Positions 48,458 through 56,163 of a DNA stretch of 64,000 nt are shown here, piece by piece. The stretch comes from Acidimicrobium ferrooxidans. Its GTDB lineage: Bacteria; Actinomycetota; Geothermincolia; Fen-727; Anoxymicrobiaceae. Location of the stretch: contig DYIU01000001.1 of the NCBI GenBank assembly GCA_020723485.1, positions 757,850-821,849 on the forward strand, in the 5' to 3' direction. Both the position numbers and the translations under genes were made by a program. A model generated the notes under the pieces. The model did no database searches. It saw only the letters and a list, made by a program, of their open reading frames with translations, and had not been told where the DNA came from. Position 1 is the stretch's first letter; each line of letters opens with the position of its first letter.

Positions 48458-51211
48458 CTAGTCGGTTCCGCTCACCCCGAGTGACGCGTGCGCAGCCTGC
48501 CGGTACGTCCCGTCCGCGCCGTGCCAGTACATCGCTCTCTCGGCTATTACCGGCGCATCGGAGGTTACCAGGGTGGAGACGCTCCACTCACCGGGCAGCG
48601 TGTCGGCCACGCTGAGGGTCTGCCTGCCTCCCGGCTCGAGGGGCGGCAGAGGCGGGCCGGGCACACTCCCCTCGAGCGTCATGTACGTTATCAGCGGGTT
48701 GGCAACTTCGGTCCCGGCGTTGAAGATTGTGATCCAGGTCTCGAAAGAGCCGAAGGTGCCCGAGCCCGTTGAACCTTCGGCGAAGCACCACTCCACCGCA
48801 CCGGCCGTGGCGCCGATCGACCCGTGCGCCGCCTGCCGGTAGGTCCCGTCAGAACTGTGCCAGTACACTGAGCGCTCCGCGACTATCGGTACGTCTGATG
48901 CCACATGCGTGGAGAAGCTCCACTCACCGGCAATGCCGACGTTGTACGTCTGCCTCGTACCCGGCTCCAGCGGGGGAACTATGTGCCGGGTCGCGGATTC
49001 AATGTTGACGTTTGCCGTCTCGGTCCCCGGGTTCTGAACGGTGATCCAGGTCTCGAACGAGCCGTGGCCGTCCGAGCCCGCGGAGCCCTCCGCGAAGTAC
49101 CAATCCGTCGCCCCGGCTGTGACCCCGATGGAATCGTGCGCCGCCTGCCGGTAAGCCCCGCCGGAACCGTGCCAGTAAACCGCCCTCTCCGCGACGATCG
49201 GTACGGTGGAGCTGACCCGGGTTGAGACGCTCCATTCGCCGGGAACCGTGTCCCCAACGCTGAACGTCTGCCTGGTCCCGGGCTCCAGAGGCGGCACGGC
49301 CGGTCCCGCTACCTCGCCCTCCGGAGTCATGTAAGTCATCACCGGGAGGGCGGTTACGGCTCCCGGATTCTGCAGTGTGATCCAGGTCTCGAACGAGCCA
49401 CGCGAGTCAGAGCCGGTGGAGCCTTCAGCGAAGTACCAGTCGGACGCACCCGCGTTGACCCCGATGGAATCGTGAGCCGCCTCGCGGTAGCCGCCGTCAG
49501 CGCCGTGCCAGTACTGCGCCCTTTCGGCAGCTATCGGCACGTCCGAGGTGACATGGGTGGACACGCTCCACTCATCCGGGACCGTGTCACCCACCGAGTA
49601 CGTTTGCCTGGTCCCCGGCTCCAGGGGCGGGACGGGCGGTCCGGCCACCTCGCCGCCCGGCGTCATGTAGGTGATCACCGCCTGCGCCGACTGGTTCCCC
49701 GGGTTCTGAAGGACAATCCATGTCTCGAAAGACCCACGGGCGTCAGCGCCGGTGGAGCCCTCGGCGAAGTACCAGTTCTGTGCCGTATCCGGGAGCTCGG
49801 GGTTGTTTACGACCGTCTGTGTATCGCTCGCGGTCTTGTAGTAACCGGTCTGCTCGTCCTTTATCTCGGCGATGTTTATCAATAGGACGTCCCCGAAACG
49901 CGGGAACTGGTCCTGCGCCTTGAGGGTCAGCCTGTAGCTGAACTCGCTGGTGGCCGAACCGCCCTCGAGCCGCCCGACCTGCCATCGGACCTTCCCGCCG
50001 TCGATTACGCTCCCCCCGTCCGTGATGCCGGTCACGCTCTCCACGAGGCTCTCGTCGTAGTCGTCCATGACCGCTACCTGGTTCGCGGCGGTCTGGCCGC
50101 GGTTCTCGAAGCTCACGGTGTACTCCAGGGTGTCCCCGGGCGAGATGAGCCCGTCGCCGTCGCGGTCGACGGCCAGCCGCCCGCTTTTCTCGATATTGAA
50201 GTCGACCATCGCGGCGAACCAGAACCAGTCGAAGTAGAAATCGGCGTAATACCCGTCGTCGTCCGTGTTGACGAGGTCGACCGAGTACCTGGCTGTGTCC
50301 GTGGCGACGTGCCCGGCCAGAGGGTAGGTCCTGTCGTCCCAGCTGTTCCCGTCCGTATCCTCGCAGACGTCGTCCTGGTGGAAGTCCGGAGCGTTGCGGT
50401 TGCCCCACTCGTCATAGGAGCGGAAGTCGTAGGACATTGTGTCCGGGGCGTGGCCTTCGGATGTCAGGATGCCCTTGTAGGCGGAGGGGAGTGTCGGCCT
50501 GGTGGTGAAGTCCATGGCGGAACAACTCGCCTGGTGATGCGAGTCCATGATGTTACAGCCGTCGGCGATGCACACCTCGCCCATGGTGATCGACTGGTGA
50601 GTGAAGACTATTACGAGGCTTGCCCCCCACCACGCCTTCAGGGGAAGGAGGCTGAGCGGCCCGGTCTCGACGTGGTACATCCGGTTGGGCTCGTCCCCGA
50701 TGAGGTCGGTGACCTCCGCGCGGTACAGGCGGCGGTGGTTGACGCCGTTCATCATCTCGTAGCCGACCTGGTCGACGTCGCCCCCCTCGTCCCTCCAGCC
50801 GGTCAGGGGCGTGCCCTCGAACGTTATCTCGCCGGACCCGGCCGGCGCCTGGTCCCTTCCCGGTATGGAACGCCCGTCGGTCCCGAAGTTCCCTCCCCAG
50901 TAGAGGAAGGCTCTCTTTATCTCAGCACCTTCCGGCACATGGTTTATCGTGGCGTTACCGGGGGACATGTCGATGTACATCTGGCTCCTGTCCGGGGCCT
51001 CGTGCATCCCGATACCCTCGGAAGTTATCCCCACGTTACCGGCAGCCCTGAGGAAGACGGTGGTGGAGCCGTCCTTACCGACCGACCAGTCAATGGTCTC
51101 GTCGTATGACAGGGCCGACTTGTCCGCCGCAGCCGCCGGCCCGTACGCGCCGATGATGAGACAGGCCAGTATGAAAACCGCCGGCAGGACGATAAGGCGT
51201 CTTCTCAACAT
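48458..51211 (-). CDS. Secreted repeat protein (917 aa), paralogue of the giant protein: unique N-terminal half plus 4 type-A repeat modules
   Basis: ATG at 51211 with AAAGGA RBS; signal peptide (MLRRRLIVLPAVFILACLIIGAYGPAAAA); C-terminal half holds four ~110-aa modules beginning [WC][YF]FAEGS.G....GSFETWI.[VLI].N.G and ending AER[AS].YWH. Confidence 0.8.
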   Translation of the reverse strand: MLRRRLIVLPAVFILACLIIGAYGPAAAADKSALSYDETIDWSVGKDGSTTVFLRAAGNVGITSEGIGMHEAPDRSQMYIDMSPGNATINHVPEGAEIKRAFLYWGGNFGTDGRSIPGRDQAPAGSGEITFEGTPLTGWRDEGGDVDQVGYEMMNGVNHRRLYRAEVTDLIGDEPNRMYHVETGPLSLLPLKAWWGASLVIVFTHQSITMGEVCIADGCNIMDSHHQASCSAMDFTTRPTLPSAYKGILTSEGHAPDTMSYDFRSYDEWGNRNAPDFHQDDVCEDTDGNSWDDRTYPLAGHVATDTARYSVDLVNTDDDGYYADFYFDWFWFAAMVDFNIEKSGRLAVDRDGDGLISPGDTLEYTVSFENRGQTAANQVAVMDDYDESLVESVTGITDGGSVIDGGKVRWQVGRLEGGSATSEFSYRLTLKAQDQFPRFGDVLLINIAEIKDEQTGYYKTASDTQTVVNNPELPDTAQNWYFAEGSTGADARGSFETWIVLQNPGNQSAQAVITYMTPGGEVAGPPVPPLEPGTRQTYSVGDTVPDEWSVSTHVTSDVPIAAERAQYWHGADGGYREAAHDSIGVNAGASDWYFAEGSTGSDSRGSFETWITLQNPGAVTALPVMTYMTPEGEVAGPAVPPLEPGTRQTFSVGDTVPGEWSVSTRVSSTVPIVAERAVYWHGSGGAYRQAAHDSIGVTAGATDWYFAEGSAGSDGHGSFETWITVQNPGTETANVNIESATRHIVPPLEPGTRQTYNVGIAGEWSFSTHVASDVPIVAERSVYWHSSDGTYRQAAHGSIGATAGAVEWCFAEGSTGSGTFGSFETWITIFNAGTEVANPLITYMTLEGSVPGPPLPPLEPGGRQTLSVADTLPGEWSVSTLVTSDAPVIAERAMYWHGADGTYRQAAHASLGVSGTD

Positions 51212-51429
51212 GACAGGTTCCTTTCTCTCCAGCCTTCGCTCATCAGGGCGCTCAGGCCGACCTTTACCACGCGGGGATGTTCTTCACCAGCGCGGGAGCA
51301 CCCGCCGCCATCGCACTCGTCATCATCCGCCAGCGGGTAGCGCGGGAGGGAGCATTCCCCCGACCACGGCCCGGAGTACGCCCTGAGGTACTGCGCTATC
51401 CAGTTCCGCGGGAGTGGTTCGTACTTCAT
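51205..51429 (-). CDS. Small hypothetical Cys-containing protein (74 aa)
   Basis: ATG at 51429 preceded by GAGGAG-type RBS; four cysteines; stop region overlaps the start of the downstream secreted-protein gene. Confidence 0.35.
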   Translation of the reverse strand: MKYEPLPRNWIAQYLRAYSGPWSGECSLPRYPLADDDECDGGGCSRAGEEHPRVVKVGLSALMSEGWRERNLSC

Positions 51430-51645
51430 CGCTTCTCCTCGTGGTTGGCAGGGGTTTCGCGCATTTGCCCTCCTGTGACTCGCCGCCGCCGTAAGAGTGC
51501 ACCTTCCCGTTTCAGGTTATGTAGTGAGTCAATAATGCGTACTAGCAATATAGGTTGGACAGTGGGTTAATTTCAATAGCCGCAGCGGGAATTGTTGATA
51601 AAATACCCTGAATAGGGGATTATCTGACGTTCACTTAATGCAGTA

Positions 51646-51693
51646 TTGACAAAAAACCATCTGAAATATATTATTAATTATCCAATTAATTAA
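51646..51693 (+). promoter_or_regulatory. Canonical sigma70-type promoter with ATTAATTA operator-like motifs upstream of the second TetR gene
   Basis: TTGACA (51646-51651), 17-nt spacer, TATTAT (51669-51674); two ATTAATTA motifs (around 51673-51680 and 51685-51692) overlap the -10 and predicted start; embedded in a ~160-bp AT-rich divergent region. Confidence 0.55.
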
Positions 51694-51702
51694 GGAGTTC
51701 AA

Positions 51703-52326
51703 ATGGCGAGGACGCCGGCAGGCCCGGGACCGGAAGAGAGGAAGAAGCAAATACTGGAGGCCGCAATCGAGGTGTTCGGCCAGAAGGGATACGGCAACGC
51801 GACCGCCGTGGAGATAGGTGAGAAGGCGGGTGTATCATCAGGGACGGTATTCCACTATTTCGGGAACAAGAAGGAGCTGTTCCGCGAGGCTCTGAGGAAC
51901 TGCGCCGTCGATCTTCGGGCGGCGATGGAAAGGGGCAGCCCACCCACCGACGACATAAAGACGTTTCTCAAGATGACGTCGAGGAACTTCTTCGCGTATC
52001 TTCTCGAGAACCCCATGAAGGTGAAGATCCTCTTTCACAGCCCCGAGACCCTCGCGGACCAGGACATCAAGTACGAGTACCGGCGCGTGATGGAAGACCT
52101 CTACCAGTTCGTGTACTCGATGCTCGAAGGTGCCCGGAACAGGGGAGAACTGCCGGAGGACCTCTATATCCAGGGAATCGCCGAGTACATGCTGGGTTTT
52201 AGCTTCTTCACGTCATATCTCTCATTCCTGGGGATAGAGTGGTTCCAGGGCGGCGGGGTATTCCGGTTTACCGACGGCGACTACCTCATCGACTACCTGA
52301 CCAGGCCGCAGGCCGGCCGGGCGTGA
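51703..52326 (+). CDS. TetR-family transcriptional regulator
   Basis: AAGGAG RBS; helix-turn-helix region (KKQILEAAIEVFGQKGYGNATAVEIGEKAGVSSGTVFHYFGNKKELF). Confidence 0.8.
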   Translation: MARTPAGPGPEERKKQILEAAIEVFGQKGYGNATAVEIGEKAGVSSGTVFHYFGNKKELFREALRNCAVDLRAAMERGSPPTDDIKTFLKMTSRNFFAYLLENPMKVKILFHSPETLADQDIKYEYRRVMEDLYQFVYSMLEGARNRGELPEDLYIQGIAEYMLGFSFFTSYLSFLGIEWFQGGGVFRFTDGDYLIDYLTRPQAGRA

Positions 52327-52346
52327 CGCCGTCACCCGAGAAGGAC

Positions 52347-52377
52347 GAAACCCCCGGTACAGATGACCGGGGGTTTC
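52347..52377. terminator. Hairpin with 10-bp GC-rich stem between convergent genes (candidate bidirectional terminator)
   Basis: GAAACCCCCGG-TACAGATGA-CCGGGGGTTTC, immediately after the TetR stop and before the stop of the minus-strand membrane-protein gene. Confidence 0.55.
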
Positions 52378-52398
52378 GAATGAAGGTTCCGGATCGCG

Positions 52399-53094
52399 CT
52401 ACTGCTGGGGTGTCCCCGGCTCCGCCGGCTGCGGCGGCAGCTGCGGGGGCGCCTGCGTCTCCACCGGCGTCGCCGCAAGCAGGGTGCGGTACACGTAAGC
52501 GTTAGTCACCAGTATCACCGGGACCGCGAACAGCATTCCTACGCAGCAGGCGAGGAACCCGAGGATGTTGATCCCCAGGATCGTCCACCAGAGCCCGAAC
52601 ATGTGCCACCACACGCCGCGGGTCAGCTGACCGCTCCGCTTGATGGCGTCCACCGGGCCCAGGTCCTGGTCGATGATGAGGTAGGTGAAGAACTGGTACC
52701 GGATGGCCCAGTAGATGCCCGGGATGATAAGCAGTATGAACCCGGCCAGGACGATCAGGCCGTAGAGTATCATTCCGACCAGCACATCCAGGAACTTCGG
52801 GTACTTGTCGACCAGGTCGGGGAAGTCGGCCGTCTCGCCGCTCACGAACTTCAGGCCGACGTTGGCCTGGGCGATGTTGATGAACACGCTGACGACGAAG
52901 CTCGCGATGCCGAAGATTATCGACCATATCGCGGCAGCGGTACTGGACATGTACGCGCTCATCGACTGGATGCCGCCGGGAATCGCACCGGCCACCCAGA
53001 AGATGAGCACCGTCGGGATGAAGAACCCCAGGTTCGTCTTCATCGCGTTCCAACCGAACGAAACGGCGTCCCCGATAGAGAAGTTCTTCTCCAT
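52399..53094 (-). CDS. Hypothetical integral membrane protein with Pro/Gln-rich C-terminal tail
   Basis: ATG at 53094; about six predicted TM helices; C-terminus ATPVETQAPPQLPPQPAEPGTPQQ. Confidence 0.6.
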   Translation of the reverse strand: MEKNFSIGDAVSFGWNAMKTNLGFFIPTVLIFWVAGAIPGGIQSMSAYMSSTAAAIWSIIFGIASFVVSVFINIAQANVGLKFVSGETADFPDLVDKYPKFLDVLVGMILYGLIVLAGFILLIIPGIYWAIRYQFFTYLIIDQDLGPVDAIKRSGQLTRGVWWHMFGLWWTILGINILGFLACCVGMLFAVPVILVTNAYVYRTLLAATPVETQAPPQLPPQPAEPGTPQQ

Positions 53095-53344
53095 TTAAAG
53101 CCCCCTTCCGCCGGGGCGACCTCGCCCTCCGGCACCAGCTGAGCAGGCAAACACCTGCCACAATGATATCGTGCATCTCCAAAGATAACTTTACACGCGG
53201 GCCGCCGCGTTCCTCCACGGGGCCTGGAGCGCGTTCTTACCGAAGGTAAAATCCTGCGTGCGACAGCGGCGGATATGCACGGGGCGAGCCCACTCTTATA
53301 TAATTTGACACTGGCCTGATTGTATTTAGTGGAGGGAGTTGTCA

Positions 53345-54391
53345 ATGAAGACCAAGATCACCGAACTCCTGGGCATCGAACACCCGATAATCCTCTCGGG
53401 TATGAGCTGGATAAGCACGCCGGAGATGGTGGCCGCCGTGAGCAACGCGGGGGGCCTGGGCATACTGGCGACGGGCGTCCTGGACGCGGACGAGACGAGG
53501 AAGGCCATCAAGCGCATAAGGGAGCTGACCGACAAGCCTTTCGGGGCGAACGCTTCCCTGCTCTTCCCGGGAGCCGCCGCGAACGCCGCTGTGTGCCTCG
53601 AGGAGAAGATACCGGTTGTCAACTTCTCGCTGGGAAAGGGCGACTGGATAGTGCAGATGGCTAACGAGTACGGCGGCAAGGTCCTGGCGACCGTCACCAA
53701 CGCCCGCCACGCGAAACGCGCCCAGGACTACGGCTGCCACGGGGTCATCGCGACCGGGAACGAGGCGGCCGCGCACGGCGAGCCACCGACGACCTTCTGC
53801 CTTGTGCCGAGCATGGCCGATGTCATCGACATCCCCATTATTGCGGCGGGCGGAGTGGGCGACGGGCGCGGGCTGGCGGCGGCCATGGCACTGGGCGCCG
53901 AGGGGGTCGCCATGGGGACCCGGCTGATGACGACAGTCGAAAGCCCCCTCCACGAGAATTACAAGAAGCTCTCGATCGAGAAGGACGTCTACGACACGCT
54001 CTACAGCAAGCGCTTCGATGGCCTGTGGTGCCGCGTCCTGGACACTCCGGGCGCCAGGAAGTCCATCAAGGCGGGCATCTTCCCGTGGGGTTACCTCAAG
54101 GCGATACCCAACTCGAAGTTCCTCGCCGACATGCTGAACCTCCCATACTGGAAGATGTTCATCGGGGTGCTGGCCTCCGGGTGGAGCAACGCCCGGCAGC
54201 TCGCCTACATGGCGAACGCTTTCAACAAGATAAAGGAAGCGACCGAGGAAGGCGACGTTGTAAAGGGCGTTCTGCCGGTCGGCCAGGTGACCGGTCTCCT
54301 GCACGATATCCCGACCGTCGCAGAGGTGATCGAGCGCACCGTCCGGGAAGCCGAGGAGATAATAAAGGCCCGGCTGGCCCAGATGGCGTAG
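53345..54391 (+). CDS. Nitronate monooxygenase / FMN-dependent enoyl-reductase-like (NMO family) protein
   Basis: ATG at 53345 with GGAGGGAG RBS; NMO sequence (ITELLGIEHPIILSGMSWISTPEMVAAVSNAGGLGILA...; IPIIAAGGVGDGRGLAAAMALGAEGVAMGTR). Confidence 0.8.
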   Translation: MKTKITELLGIEHPIILSGMSWISTPEMVAAVSNAGGLGILATGVLDADETRKAIKRIRELTDKPFGANASLLFPGAAANAAVCLEEKIPVVNFSLGKGDWIVQMANEYGGKVLATVTNARHAKRAQDYGCHGVIATGNEAAAHGEPPTTFCLVPSMADVIDIPIIAAGGVGDGRGLAAAMALGAEGVAMGTRLMTTVESPLHENYKKLSIEKDVYDTLYSKRFDGLWCRVLDTPGARKSIKAGIFPWGYLKAIPNSKFLADMLNLPYWKMFIGVLASGWSNARQLAYMANAFNKIKEATEEGDVVKGVLPVGQVTGLLHDIPTVAEVIERTVREAEEIIKARLAQMA

Positions 54392-54395
54392 GGAA

Positions 54396-55526
54396 TTGGC
54401 CTCAGAAACGCGCTTCGCCCCGCCGGAACGGGAGGAAAGACAGCAGGCGCTGGCCGAGTCGCGCAGGCTCGGAAAGGACAGCGACCTGCAGCTGCTGCTG
54501 AGAGCAGTGCCTGACTGCGCGGCCATCCTGAACGACAAGAGGCAGGTGCTGCTGGCGAACGGCGAGCTCCTGGGGCTGCTCGGGGCGGAGGACCTCGAGA
54601 ACGCGGTAGGGAGCAGGCCCGGGGAGGCGGTGGGCTGCATCCACGCATGGGATTCCCCCGCAGGATGCGGCACCTCGGAAAGCTGCAGATACTGCGGCGC
54701 GGCCCAGGCGCTGGTGGCGGCAGTCGAGACCGGTAGGAAAACGACCCACGAGTGTCGTATCACAGCGAGCTGCGAGACCGAGACGGAGTGGCTCGACCTC
54801 CTGGTGACCGCGCTTCCCATCGAACACGAGGGAAGCACGCTGGTCCTTCTCACTCTCTCGGACATAAGCGACCTCAAGCGCAGGAGAGCCCTCGAGAGGA
54901 TATTCTTCCACGACGTGCTGAACTCGGCCTCTGCGCTCTACGGGTTACTGCAGATGGCGCACGACTTCGAGGAGGGTGACGTCCGCGAAGAGCTCGGGCG
55001 GCTCGTCGACCTCGGCGGGCGGCTGATAGACGAGATAACCTCGCAGAGGGACCTGCTCGCGGCCGAGAGCGGCGAGCTCAACGTGCAGCCCAGGCCGGTG
55101 GATATCCAGGAGCTGCTCCTGGAGGCGGCCTCGCAGTTCAGGAGCATGACACTGGACGAGGGCAAGGAGCTTGTGGTCGAGGAAGGGGCGGCCCTGGAGA
55201 TAATCACCGACCAGCGGCTGCTGTTCCGCATCATCACGAACATGCTCAAGAACGCGCTCGAGGCATCGGGCGAGGGCTCGACCGTGACCGCGGGTGCCGA
55301 GGCCGTGGGCGAAGGTGCCCGCGTATGGGTGCGGAACCCCGGATGGATGCCCAGGGAGGTCCAGCTGCAGGTGTTCCAGCGCTCTTTCTCCACGAAGGGT
55401 GCCGGCCGGGGCATCGGCACTTACAGCATGAAGCTCATCGGCGAGCGCTATCTCAAGGGTGAGGTCTCGTTCGAATCCGACGAAGTGAGAGGTACGGAGT
55501 TCAGCATCACGCTGCCCCCGGCGTAG
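54396..55526 (+). CDS. Cytoplasmic sensor histidine kinase (no adjacent response regulator)
   Basis: TTG start; no TM helix; N-terminal sensor-like region with a four-Cys stretch (CIHAWDSPAGCGTSESCRYC); H-box-like IFFHDVLNSASAL; ATPase N-box (ITNMLKNALEAS) and G-boxes (GAGRGIGTYSMK). Confidence 0.7.
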   Translation: MASETRFAPPEREERQQALAESRRLGKDSDLQLLLRAVPDCAAILNDKRQVLLANGELLGLLGAEDLENAVGSRPGEAVGCIHAWDSPAGCGTSESCRYCGAAQALVAAVETGRKTTHECRITASCETETEWLDLLVTALPIEHEGSTLVLLTLSDISDLKRRRALERIFFHDVLNSASALYGLLQMAHDFEEGDVREELGRLVDLGGRLIDEITSQRDLLAAESGELNVQPRPVDIQELLLEAASQFRSMTLDEGKELVVEEGAALEIITDQRLLFRIITNMLKNALEASGEGSTVTAGAEAVGEGARVWVRNPGWMPREVQLQVFQRSFSTKGAGRGIGTYSMKLIGERYLKGEVSFESDEVRGTEFSITLPPA

Positions 55527-55590
55527 AGATACGGGTGAGGGCGGCCGTCGGGCTGACCATGGGGTACAATATCCAGAGCGGCCCAGTGAG

Positions 55591-55998
55591 ATGAAGACGC
55601 GTGAGGAGCGTGCCATGCCGGATGACAAAGCCTTGCTCGAGACCCTGGTAGCGCGCGAGAAGGTTCGCCGCGAGGCCTGGCTCAACCATGACGCGGAGGC
55701 GCTCCGCGGCCTGCTGACGGACGACTACGTCGAGGTCAACCTGCTGGGTCGCCTGTCGCGCGAACAGGTGCTCGAGGAGATATTCCCCTACCTCGAGATG
55801 AAAGAGTACGAGATGAGCGACTTCCGCCTGGCCCGCGCGGGAACCGGGGCGGCTGCCATCACCTACCACTGCCGGGAGAGGGTGAGCTTCAAGGGCGAGC
55901 CCGACATCACCGGCGACTTCCACGTCTCCGCCGTATACACGCAGGAAGACAGCGAGTGGCGCCTGCTGCTCTGGTCGATCACCCCCTACGAGAAGTAA
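55591..55998 (+). CDS. NTF2-like/SnoaL-like fold protein (DUF4440-like)
   Basis: 135 aa; composition and motif spacing (W..HD.EAL..LL.DDY...N..G......V.........) typical of small NTF2-like proteins; not verified. Confidence 0.55.
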   Translation: MKTREERAMPDDKALLETLVAREKVRREAWLNHDAEALRGLLTDDYVEVNLLGRLSREQVLEEIFPYLEMKEYEMSDFRLARAGTGAAAITYHCRERVSFKGEPDITGDFHVSAVYTQEDSEWRLLLWSITPYEK

Positions 55999-56163
55999 GA
56001 GCAAGGGGTCAGACCACTAACGTCACGTCCCCAGCAGCAGTACTAGCCGCTGACGCCCGTTTTCGGAGTAATGCCGTTGAATTCGCCGGTGCGCAATATG
56101 ACGAAACCGGCCTGACCCCATCTGGTATACTGACGCGAGTGTCACCAAACACGGGAGGGCCCA

